Shown here piece by piece: positions 23,488-34,873 of a stretch of 64,000 nt of DNA; the stretch's first letter is position 1; the number at the start of each line of letters is the position of its first letter. The stretch is taken from the NCBI GenBank assembly GCA_013239625.1, contig MU054212.1, forward strand, positions 6,546,270 through 6,610,269, written 5' to 3'. Both the position numbers and the translations under genes were made by a program. The notes under the pieces were generated by a model. It saw only the letters and a list, made by a program, of their open reading frames with translations. It did not search any database and had not been told where the DNA came from. The stretch comes from Lama guanicoe (lineage: Eukaryota).

Positions 23488-26400
23488 TTCAACTTAATTC
23501 TTTATCCTCTCAACTCACACAGCTTTAAAATTTGCAGATGTCTTAAGGGGGTGAGCAGTCATGCGCTTGAAGCAATTCTCTTCACCTGGCAAGTCTTTAA
23601 TTCCTAAGCACTGTGAGATTGTGGGAGTTTCCCCCTGCTTTCTAGAAGTTTTGGCCTTCCTCATCCTCCTGTACAACATAGGAACTCCAAATATTCCCCT
23701 CCAGGGAAAACTGGTTATGTGTTTAGGGTTCCTCAAGTTTCCATTGTGTCACTCCAATTCTGTGTGACAGCTAAAGTTGGCTGGTTTCTCTTTCCCACAG
23801 GATTGGTCTTCCACTTGGGTCATCAGTTTGTGGACTTGAAAAACATCCCCAGAGAAAATAAATACTGGCCATCTCATCAGTTCACCTAGGAACACTGCTT
23901 CCCTCTCTGGAACTTGAGTTCATCTAGTCCTAACTGCTTTTGTAGCTCTCTAATGCCTTGAGAAATATGGAAGTCTTGGCCTGCTGTGGATCAATCATTC
24001 TATCTAAACATGAACAGTCCTTGCCCTCACATTTTTTTTTTGTTTTCTTCATCCATGACACCACCATTCAATACACTAATCCGGAGATGGTCGTAAAGTC
24101 TTCTACCTAGCAGTTCTCCGTATGCAACCGGCTTAGATGTTTTACGTAGTTGTTACTGTATTTTCAGGGATTATCTTACAAACGTTAATTGAAAGAAGAT
24201 CCATTTATGTTCTACTTATTCTTCAGGACTGACTTTATATACTTCCTCTGCCCGAATCTGACTCCCTGATTCCCCTAGTTGGACATAACCTCTTCCTTGC
24301 TGGAGCTCCCACATCACCTTATTTGGATGTCTTTATTGCGTGTGCACTTTGCACTATAGTTACTTACATAACATATATTTATATTCTTCTTAGGGCACAT
24401 CATAGAGCTTTGTCCACAGTGGAAGGAATAGATGAACAAAAGACTGACAGAATAAAACATAATAATACCCTGAGGGTACCAAGAGAGTTCGTGTATACTG
24501 ATCCTTGCCATTTGTGAAGAGATTGCCTCTGAAGCAATATTTGTGTATGTGTTCTGATTTGGGATCAGAATTACACCAGTTGGACCCCATTTGTGTACTG
24601 GGGCAAAGATTTTCATAACAGTAGAGTTTTTATACAAAGAAACAAGGCTTTCTGCATAAAAATTCTGGCTTTCACAGTCATTAAATAGGGGAAACATGGT
24701 TTAACATGACAAAGGTGACTAGCTTGCACACACAGACAAAGACTATTTGCAGGGCTTGTCATATTGGTAGCAGTCAGAATTATCTTTAAGAAAAGCCATG
24801 TACAGTTTACATTTTCAAGATGATGAGCATAAAATTCTCAAGTCGGAAATGACTCTGCCACTCCAGGGATTCTAATACTTCTAAAATCAACCACTACTCA
24901 CTTATTGAATACCACAATGGGCAAAATATTGTGGGGAAACCTACCATTTCAAGCATTGTCCATCTTACACCAAGGGAGTTAGTTAAAACATGCCATAAAT
25001 ACATCATAAAACACTGTCAGTATAATAAAATATATGATATATGCTGTGTGAACAGTACAGATAATAAATACTCTAAAGATTTAGAAAAGAGGATGACCAC
25101 CCAAGGGATGGCCCAGACAGACACTTGGATTACATTTGCTCGTCAGACATGTAGCACTTTGGCTTTAAAGTGCTTTCTTTTCTTTCTTTTCTGAGAGTTC
25201 ATTTAACATGGCCAATCATATTGGAAGAGACGTGAATAAATTTACAGCTGGTTTCAATAGTCTGAATTGCATTTAAGACAAACTTGTAAGAACAAGTAAA
25301 GAACTTCCCGCCAACCTCTGTGAATGCCATCTGGCCTGAAGTGAGATCTTGGTGGTGGTCTAAGTCCATTCACAAGGAAAGTACAATGTACCAATTCTGG
25401 AAGAGCTTGGAGGTGGGGGGAGTTGCGTTCACTTCTCAATAGAAAAATTAAATGAGGAAAGGGACCAGAGAGATGGAATAAACATTATCCCTGGAGAGCC
25501 AGAAGCTTTCATGTAGTCCACAGAGTTCGTTATGGGTAAACCACACTAGCACTTGGGTGGAACAGGAACGGTAGAGTGAAATCGGTGGGAAGGAATCAGA
25601 AAGAGCACATAAGAATGCTGTTTGAGGACTGAATGTGACACAGTGCATAAATCAAAATTTGCTAACGTTTGAAAGTTTGTTCGGCATACCATGAGATTAT
25701 TAAAAATTACTGTGACACCACCTAGACGCATGGAAACATGTTTCTGAAATGCTAAACATTTAAGAGATCAAGAAATCAATTCAGGTGTACAGAATGCAAA
25801 AAGGGCAAACGATAAAGCCTGGGCAGAGGTCCGAACCCAAAAGACAAGTTACTGTGTTGCGTGGTAGAGTAAAGGTAATTTTTTTTATCCCCCAAATGTC
25901 CATAACTCGATTATATTATATTAATCATTTAAAAACCTAGTACCTTTAAGAAATGTCTCATTCCTGTATGGTCTTTGCACAGACATATTGCTAATTATCG
26001 CTACCCTCAAGGAACCCAGAATCTAGTAAGGGAGTAAGACATCAAATTTTACAAATAGTGTAGAATATAGAAAGTAAGAGAACCATAGGAAGTCAGGTGA
26101 AAACATCACATAGGACTGTAGTGATCATGAAGGCTTAATGAAGGCAGTGAAGTTTGAGCGTGACCTTGAAGGACAGGGTTTTAATAGATTGTGTTGAGCA
26201 TGAAATGGCATTTTCTATGGAAAGAAGCAAAAGCGTGAAGAAGGAAAAGCATAGCCGTGTTTGTGGAAAAGCAAGGATTCATGTTGCTCGATGAACAGAG
26301 GAGCAAAGAAAAATGTGACTTGAAAAGGAGACTGAAGCCAGATTTCAAGCTGTCTTTGCCAGGTTAGAAGTTGGACTTAGCGATTGCATCCTAATAGCTG

Positions 26401-26749
26401 ATATGTATTTCATCTCTGCATTTATTTTAGCGCAAGGTTCAGTGTTTTCACATTCTTTACATATGATTGTCACGCTGTTTTAAAGAAGAGATTATCACGC
26501 CATATAGAGATGACAGAACTCAAGCTGGAGAAACTAAATGTTCCAGGATCATAGAGCTAGTTCCCGCTCCTGCTCACTCTTCCCAATAGTTCATTCACAA
26601 GAACAGTGTAGCATTTGCCCCAAGGCACCGTCATTAACTGTTCACTTTCCCCTCCAACACATCCTAGTCACATATGGAAAAAGCAGCCAGTCCACCAGGA
26701 ATTCCTCCATGACTTCGATCGATTGATTTAAGAAATTTGTTTTGTGGGC

Positions 26750-26990
26750 AGGAGAGTGTGGTGGCTAGAAGATGGCCTTAGATGAAAGTCTTGGTTTGGA
26801 TCCTAGCTCTGCTACCTATGAGCTGTTTGACTTTATCAAATAGTTTACCCTTTCTGAGCATGTGTCCTTAACTTTAGTGTATGAATAATATTTACCTTAT
26901 AGAGCTGTTTAGAGGCATAAATAAGAGAACAGGTACAAATGCCTAGTGCCTGACTTAATAAGAAGCACTAAGTTACTGGAAGTGTTATGT
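26750..26990 (+). mobile_element. MIR SINE
   Basis: ttggtttggatcctagctctgctacctatgagctgtttgacttt...tttaccctttctgagc is the MIR core. Other MIR fragments lie near 2800-2980, 9840-9940, 10400-10560, 19120-19400, 33850-34100, 38170-38370, 53810-53960 and 59290-59480. Confidence 0.7.
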
Positions 26991-28994
26991 TGTTTGTTAT
27001 AATATTGCTGATATAATAACTTCAAATTCATAACTAAACCCTATTCCTTTATTCCTTTTTCCTGGTTTAATTCAATCAGTCCCCAGATGTCCCAGATTTG
27101 AGTGACTTGATTGGAAGCCAGGAGCTTCCATCTCTCTAACTGCAGGATGACCTGGTCCTGCAGCCAAATGTTCACCTTCCCCCCTGCCTATTCCCATATG
27201 TCATTTTGTTGTCCGTAGGAGATTTGGAAGGTCACAGAGGAAGAGTCAACTGAAAAAGTGGAAGGGGAGGTTACCATCAAGGATCACTTTACTTGAAGTG
27301 ATAAAATTCTTCTGAGCCTGTGTAGACAATCCTAAATGTCAACTCATTCCAACTGTCTTGTTCTTAATACCATTAGTGAGCTAAAAACACTAAGGTAAGG
27401 CAACCGCTGCTGATGTTAAGAACTGACATTTACTGAGTCCTTAATATACGCTAGGCAATAGCCTAGAATAGAATGGATTAGAATAAGCCACTCCAGCTTC
27501 AATTTGTAGAAGATTTTTTCCTTATTCCCACACCGGGGTGTTACCTTCATGAAGCACATCCTTTTGATCTCTAGAACTGAACCTTCTGTTATCTCACCAA
27601 ACCTGTAGCGTCAGCAAATATAGAATAACGCCATTAAGAAACTTCACCCAACCCGTGGTCCGTATTTAACGTATGATGCAGGGCAGTGCCGTATAACTGT
27701 ACAAATCAAACCTGCTCAGCATCTGGGTATTTTCTTCTTTTACTAACCTTTCTGCTGCTTCTCGTTGCCATTTTATTTTCCACCCAAGTTTCAACGTCCT
27801 CTAGGTCAGGTGCTTCTAGAAAGTCAGGCTTGATCAGTCATGATCTTCCTCATCTACGGGACCTCATTCTATTAAAATACCCACCGGTGTGTATTGATTG
27901 GCTTGGGTATGCTCTCCCAACCCCATTCTAGCTGGTCTGCTTCTTCGTTTAAAAATATTTTGACCTAAAGAACCAAGTTTAATCAGAAGTCTGGCATTTA
28001 CAGTGATGCCTTTGGGATATGTTCAACAAATACTCAATACGTACAATGTGAAGAAAGATGGCAGTTTTTTAAGTGAAGTAGGTGTCAAGGAGTTGGGAAA
28101 AGATAAATTTGGCTCTAATATGGGAGCAAATGCAGGTAGTAATTTTAAGACCACAGACCCAGCTTAATTAATTTTAAAATGTGGCCCTTATGTTCACACT
28201 TCTAGTTTTAGCCAATTTTAGTCTAGTCCCTTGACGCTGGGAAAAAGACAAGTATATTTGTTTAACTGATCGTAGAAACTGGTCAGCACGAGGGCTTTTG
28301 GTGACTAAGGATCTTTGGAAGAAGTTCTGCAACAACTAATCATGGGCTCAGGGGAAGAGGCCACATAGAGAAGGGCCTTTCCCGTTACACCAGCATGGAG
28401 AGGTGAGGATCCAGTGGAGGAGAGAAACTCCATTACTCTTGCTTCTGTGGACTGTTAGGGAGGCTCAAATGATCCTTTAATTATGGGTTTAGCCATCAAG
28501 AATGGTAGATCTGGCTGAGAAGCAATAAGGTAAATTCTCTCTAGCTTAACTGCAGGCTCCTTGCCTGGAAGGTTGTCCAGCCACTCCCTGCAGCCGCGTG
28601 CCTCAGTTTCCCCTATTGTCTTCCACGGCCCCTTTCCTTGCCTGGCAGGGCTTCTTTTTCAGACTTCTATAAAGAAAGATTTCTATAAATCCTTAGTTAT
28701 TAGATCTTGTATAATATGCCTTACTGTAACACTTTTATAGTGGAAAAACCAGATTCAATTTATGATTCTGAACTCACAATACTTTTCCGGAAACATTCCA
28801 TAATTTTTAGCATTGCTCATACTACATACCTGTACATACTGCCAGGGAGCTAAATAAACTTATAAAGCATACCTGCAGAATAAGAATATTTATGCATTTG
28901 CATATTACAGACCTTCAAACAATTTAATGTCTAGATTTATACATATGCTTTGTAAGTCAGAGTATGAAAGACAGCTGAATTAGTACATAAAGTT

Positions 28995-29163
28995 TTTATT
29001 TAAAGTTTTCCCCTTCCAAGCAAGCTTCATTTACACATTCTAATACTGTACAAAATTTACATTCTCTGTGACTTATTTATTCATTTTTCACTTTCTAATA
29101 GTTTGCGTCTTTCTGCAATACAGAAAGCTTTTCTTATAGTTCTCATAAATGCTTTTCTTTATT
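28995..29163 (-). terminator. Cluster of candidate polyadenylation signals (AATAAA on minus strand at 28995-29000, 29076-29081, 29158-29163)
   Basis: tttatt on the plus strand at three positions ~1.8-2.0 kb past the stop. Which one is used cannot be told from sequence. Confidence 0.6.
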
Positions 29164-29395
29164 TTGGCTAGAAATAAAAAATAAATGGAGAACAAGTCCA
29201 AGGAAAGCAAATATCCTTGTATAAACTGTGACTTTCAGAAGAAATGGGGACAGTTGACGATGAAAGATTCTGAAGGAGACCTTGTATTCTTCATGACGTC
29301 AGCTGGGACCTTCTCACAAAGTACTGTTAACTTTTCTTTCTTTCTATATATTCATATGCGATCAAGGAAAAAGAAATGAAAGTTGATTGCACTGG

Positions 29396-29421
29396 ATATA
29401 TATATTTATATATATATATAT
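29396..29421. repeat. (TA)n microsatellite inside the KLHL14 3' UTR
   Basis: atatatatatttatatatatatatat. Confidence 0.9.
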
Positions 29422-30980
29422 TTTACAACGGATCCTTTGGATCTGAACATACAAATAAATACAAAAACAACAAAGATTGCACTTTACTGTAGAAACGGCA
29501 TTGGATTCCAGTACACCCATCCATCTTGACGTGCCCTGCAGTGGAAGCTTATCCCCAGGGCATTTTTAATCTGTGGCTTCCCCATGTGCTTGTTTTTGAA
29601 TGACACACTTGTTGAGGGATTCAACAACATCTCTGGGTGATTCACAGAATATCTGAGGCTTTGATTTACTCCTAACTGTTGCTGTTCTAGCTCTGAAGAG
29701 CTTGGAAATCGAATTCAAGCTCCTGCTACTTTTCCTCTTTGGATTGGCCACACTGAGACTGTCTCATGCTCTCCTGACCTTCTGCTCCTAAATTCATCAC
29801 GCTGCTCAAGCCCACTAGGAATGGCTCACTTAACTGAGCCCAGGTGTCTCTGGTGATAAACAAATATGATGAGTTGGGGGAAGAAGGAGGGTCTGTATGT
29901 GCTTTTCTAGAGTCAAATCGAGAGACATTTCTAGAGCCAAAAGTGAGGAAGAGGGGGAGGTGTTTTGTCAGGAGCTTCTAAGAAAAGCTCCTGCGTCTCT
30001 TAAAGTTGTGTGTTTTAGGGACAGAGATTCTTCTTAAGAGAAATTATACTTTCTTTTCATCCCCGAATTTCTGAAAGCAATCTCCCAGTTTTTATCAGGG
30101 GGTAAGTTTGGGTCAGGTGCATTATTACCAGAATCTCTTCAATATTGTGTCAGTGACTCTGTCAGCTCTACGTTTGAAGCAAATAACAGGGGTGTCAGTA
30201 CTTACGTGCTGCCCAAAATGAGACCGCGTGAGCCTCTGTAAACTGAACAGTGACACGGTGTATTTTGTTTTAATCTTTCGGATAAAATTGAGGACACAGA
30301 AATGATGACTCTGGCTAGCCTGGAATCTACAGGGCAGAAAGCAATTTCTCCAAAAGCCATTATCTTTCTCTTCTCCGTTCCCATGAGGTGCGGCAATGGG
30401 CAGAAAGTATAGGAAATGAAGTTATATAGAAACAAAACTGTTCCTTTTTAATCTTGTATGATTTTCTGTAACCGTTGCCTACGGAGTCTGTGAAACAGCC
30501 ACAGGTTAGGAATCTAGAATCAAGTGGCCATTTCTGTAATGTGCTGTGAGGATCTGGGTGGGTCAAATTTTGCATCATTCATGAACACAATATCCCCAAA
30601 ACTTCAACATAGACCACATGCAGGTAGACGACAACGCACAATACCGATCCGAGGTCTCTCTGGGCGCGCTTCCGGGCTGTCTCTGTCTCCTTTGGAAAGC
30701 TGAGATCCGCACGAGGAGTTTCTGTAAAGCTGGGACAAGTTAAAACCAGTCTGAAATGGAAGAGTCTGTCACCACAGGGAGTTTGGTGTGATCCGAGTCA
30801 CAGACACAGCTTCTGTTCAGGAACAGGCCTTTGTCTTTTGCAGCTTCTTGTAAATCATCAGAAACCAAGAGTGGGTTTCGGCAGTTGGACCATGAGAATG
30901 TATCGTCCCTCTTATCATAGTGATGTCACCTGCCATCGCTTCCTAGAATGCGGCACTGTTCATTCCAGGGTTTCCTGGGG

Positions 30981-31121
30981 TTATTTGTTGTAAGGGACAC
31001 AGGCGGGCAGGATGACTGTGGCACAGGCTGGGCCTGCCAGCGGTTCGGCTACATCTCCTTCCAGCTCTGTCCAGGTGCCTTTTTCTGGACAGTAGCATAT
31101 TGTAGATGACTTGTAGGCCCC
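30981..31121 (-). CDS. KLHL14: KLHL14 terminal coding exon (141 bp incl. stop): GAYKSSTICYCPEKGTWTELEGDVAEPLAGPACATVILPACVPYNK*
   Basis: Manual translation. TCCAG acceptor at 31123-31122, TAA stop at 30983-30981. The C-terminus matches my recollection of KLHL14 (...CVPYNK). Confidence 0.95.
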   Translation of the reverse strand, partial: GAYKSSTICYCPEKGTWTELEGDVAEPLAGPACATVILPACVPYNK

Positions 31122-31820
31122 CTGGAATTGCACAGCAGAGAGGATTTAGGGAAGGCTGTTCACAAAAGTGCAATGGCAACCTTATTTCTCATTGCCTTGG
31201 GAGGAGAATATTGTTTCTCTGCGCTTGATAAAACATTCCAGCTGAAAGCAGTGGATTTTAAACTGTTTTATTCTAAGGGAAAATTTGAGATTGGCAAGAT
31301 TTCAAAATCTGTTTTTTTCGTTTTTTTTGTATGTGTGTATGACTAATAATAAAAGTCAAGCACCTAGAACACTCTGGATGATAAACGAACACATCCTTTA
31401 GGATGACTGACCTCAAACTGGAAATTATCCAGCTGGTTTAAGTTTAAAAACAAAGAAAAAGAACAATTTAAATATTCAAATAATTGAAGTAAATTGGACG
31501 CTAGATTGTCACCTCCCTTTTTCATTTTTATTTTAATACTGTTGAGAATCAGACATGGGGTTCAAGACCAGTTTAAAACTGGAAATGAAGGCTTACCAAC
31601 TGCCTCACACATTGATTGATTGATTTTCAAGAAGTCACATGAGAAAGAAAAAAACATCTTTAGTCTTGTTTCCTTTGTCAGCCTCTGGGATTGTATAATA
31701 TTTCCTTTCCTAAAACAAAGAAGCTTTGCTTTTTATCATCAGCAACAAACAAAAATCCCAACCAACATAATTGTTTTCTGAAAGTGTACTCCTGGTGTCT
31801 GGTTCCAAACACACATACTC

Positions 31821-31942
31821 TTTTTTGGGCAGGGGGAAATTAGTATTATATATATATGTATGTCAATGGAAGTGCTGAGGATTGAACCCAGGACCTTGTA
31901 CATGCTAAGCACATGCTCTATCACTGAGCTATGCCCTCCCCC
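31821..31942 (-). mobile_element. Camelid tRNA-derived SINE (Vic-1-like)
   Basis: The minus strand reads gggg...atagctcagtgatagagcatgtgcttagcatgtacaaggtcctgggttcaatcc (A and B boxes). Degenerate TSD aaacacacatactc (31807-31820) / aaacataaatactc (31944-31957). Confidence 0.85.
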
Positions 31943-32089
31943 TAAACATAAATACTCCTACAGCTCGCAATTTGCACCAGCAAACAAGCACATGTATGAA
32001 TATCTAGTTATATACATCACTATGTATTCACTTCCATGTAATGAATAACTTTTTAAAGCTCCTCAAAGTTTTATATAATAATCTTGTTG

Positions 32090-32915
32090 GATGCAAAGGA
32101 AATAAAACTAATATTCTTAAAGTCCCAAATTAATCTTACAAAGCCAACTCATATAAATAGGAAAATATAGGAACAGTCATCATTTAAAAAGTGACTGTGC
32201 AGACCACGAGACCCCATGTGTGTTCTGACATGATATAATCTGAATTACACAGCCACCTTCTTATGTGTTCTTGCCAAGATAAATAGATAAATTAATAGTA
32301 AATAAATAACAAAAAAATTAAAAACAGAAAAAAGCTGAACTTAATTAAGTCCTTATCTCTAACTTCTAATCTATAGGAAATACGGAGACAGAGGACTATT
32401 TTTAAATGACAATGCAAGGAACTCATTAGCCAGCTGAGAATGTCCGATGGTCTATAAGATAATTGACCCTGCTTTCTCAACAAGTCAATGGCATGCAACA
32501 GGAAGAGGGGCAGGTGTTGTTCTCCAGATTGTAAGAGATGTATGAGATACAATAACCAAATACAAGTGAGACTTGTTGGATCCTGATTTGAACATGTCAG
32601 TTTGAAAAATACATTTTTTTCAAGTCAATGGGATAAATTCGACTATGGATTGGATATAAAGGAATTGTTCATTTTATTGAGTGTGATACTGATAGTGTGT
32701 ATACATAAACAAATGATATTTTTAGAGGAATACTGAAGTATTTAGGGTGAAATAATATGTCTGGAATTTGCTTCAAATTGCTTCAACCAGATTTTTTTAA
32801 AGGGAGGATAGATGTAGTAAGTATGGAAAAGTGCTGATGGACGTCGGATGGTGCCTTAATAAGCATCCATTGCACTGTCAGTTTTTGTGTATATTTGGAA
32901 ATTTTCATGACAAAG
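32090..32915 (+). mobile_element. Old L1 (L1ME/L1MC-type) 3' end in last KLHL14 intron
   Basis: tttctcaacaagtcaatggcatg...aggaattgttcattttattgagtgtgata...tactgaagtatttagggtgaaat...tctggaatttgcttcaaa. Confidence 0.7.
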
Positions 32916-33341
32916 AGGTGGCGGGAAAGTGGAAAGCAATGGCAAGTTACATAATCCTAAATAGAATTTGTGGATATTGAAAAATTACTTTCCATTTTTC
33001 ATGCCCTGCTGGTAAGAAACTTTTCAGACTCTCTCAAACAATTTTAACAGAACATTTGTAAAAGCTCTTCAGTCTGACTTTTTGTTGGAAAGCCAGAGTC
33101 GTGAAATTACGGGATGAGACGGGAGAGAAGCAGAGACCCACCGCATCCTGTGATGCAGCCGACCAGAGAGCCAGCCAGCCCGGTAGCCATCACACTGACT
33201 CTATTTTAAGACTTCATTTACTGCTTGCATATAAACACGATACTTTGAAAAGGTGCATATGTGGGTGGTAACACATCTGGAGGGAAACAAAAAGTAAGTA
33301 CAAATAAAAAGGAGGGGAATGAGGTAAATGTGGACACATAC

Positions 33342-33499
33342 CATACTCCAGCTGTAACCTCCCACAAGGTAAATGCTGTCATCCAGCACTGCACAGCCAG
33401 GACCACTTCGACCCTCCAAAATGGGAGTTTGGAGAATATTCCACTGGTCCCCTTTTGGGTCATAGCATTCCACGAGCATTACATCAAGGTGGGAGAAAC
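33342..33499 (-). CDS. KLHL14: KLHL14 coding exon (158 bp): (G)FSHLDVMLVECYDPKGDQWNILQTPILEGRSGPGCAVLDDSIYLVGGYSWSM
   Basis: Contained in ORF 33201..33515(-). TTAG acceptor at 33501-33500, ATG|GTATGT donor at 33341. Confidence 0.95.
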
Positions 33500-34708
33500 C
33501 TAAGTGGCAGAGCAAAATGGAATCACCAAAGAATAAACTCTCAGGGTCCCAATTTAAGGCTAGAGTTTCTTTTTTAAAAAATGTCTTAAGCCAGGAAGTA
33601 GGTCATTGTGTCTTTGAAGACATGCATGTATAAATTTACTGGTGAAATTGGGAGACATGTCAGAAAGACCTAAAAAACAAACAAATAAATAAGCAAATAA
33701 GCAAATAAGCAAAACCCCTCAAAGCTCCAACTCTGGCTGTTCTGGATGAACTTAAAGCAAGAATGCCTGGCTAGAAGTCATTGGTAAAGGTCGATTTACC
33801 TTGGAGTATTGGTGAAGATTTACTTAAACTGTATCAAAAAGGTTTAAAATAGTAATAGTTAAAGTAAGCATTTTATAGATTGTTCGCGATAAGCTGATTG
33901 TTTTCTAAGTGCTTTATATAAAGGAACTCATTTAATCCCCTCAATCACCCTATAGGTAGTTTATAACATTATATTCATTTTATAGGTGAGAAACTGAGTA
34001 ACAGAGGGAGTTAATGACTTGAGTAGGTTACACAGCCAGTAGATAAGCTGATATTTGAAGCCAGGAGAACAGATTTCAAAAGTCACACTTTTACAGACTC
34101 AATTTGATTGCTTTTTGTAAGTGTATATTCAGTTCCCTCAAAATCTTTTACTTTTTTTTTTTTATAGTCTGACTATGTTTATAAATAGCTGTGATGGTGT
34201 GGATGGTTTCTACTATCTACTAAGGATCATGGTTTAGAGGAGGGGGTTAACTTCCACTGAGGGACTTCTGCCACTTCTGGTAAAATTTCTCAGTGGCTGG
34301 GGCAGTAACTAGGCTGCACAGAGCAGCGCAGGTGCCGGGACTCTATCGAAGCCTGCCTTTTCATTTAGGGAGTCAAAAATCCTTGGTGGGAGCTTCAGGG
34401 TCACTGAGCAGACCAGATCTTTAAAGACGTTTTTTCCCCTAGTTAAACGCACGCTGCGGATGTTGGCTAGCTGACAATCATAATGCAGATATGAAATTAA
34501 TCAACATACTGAATTCTTCAAAGGAATTGGGAAGATAGATCAAAAGTTAGAAAATTTTCATTCTTGAAGGAGTGGACAGATTATTTCAGGCCACTAACTT
34601 CTTACATAACATAAATCACACAGATTTGGGAGCAATAGAGCAATGAGCATATTGCAACTCTGTGGTATAGCCCTTTCGTTTACTATTAAGATTTCGATGA
34701 TAATTTTT

Positions 34709-34873
34709 TTTAACATTTTTTATTGATTTATAATCATTTTACAATGTTGTGTCAAATTCCAGTGTTCAGCACAATTTTTCAGTCATTCATGGACATATAC
34801 ACACTCATTGTCACATTTTTTTTTCTGTGATTTATCATAACATTTTGTGTATATTTCCCTGTGCTATACAGTG
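34709..34873 (-). mobile_element. Short 5'-truncated young L1 3' end with perfect 16-bp TSD
   Basis: aacattttttattgatttataatcattttacaatgttgtgtcaaattccagtg...ccctgtgctatacagtg. TSD ttcgatgataattttt at 34693-34708 and 34874-34889. Confidence 0.9.

Larger units (their letters stand above)
28975..30980 (-). other. KLHL14: KLHL14 3' UTR (~2 kb; distal end approximate)
   Basis: Follows the stop codon, is poor in recognisable repeats, becomes AU-rich and ends in clustered AATAAA hexamers. Confidence 0.7.

Noticed and set aside
114..28900. Short 60-130 aa ORFs across the intergenic part
   Set aside because: No recognisable domains, many start at non-ATG codons or lie in repeats, and no consistent exon chain was found.
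29969..29993. 9-bp hairpin caggagctt/aagctcctg in the 3' UTR (also an 11-bp inverted repeat at 55467-55493)
   Set aside because: Short stems of this size are expected occasionally in 64 kb, and they match no RNA element I recognise.
30955..30983. Stop-codon readthrough signal (TAA-C plus small CCAGG/CCTGG hairpin)
   Set aside because: UAA is the least leaky stop and the 5-bp stem is too short and too close; expected by chance.
31821..31942. tRNA gene (also at ~47115-47193)
   Set aside because: The tRNA-like A/B boxes belong to SINE copies with A/T-rich tails (and a TSD at the 31.8-kb copy). No intact cloverleaf or acceptor stem.
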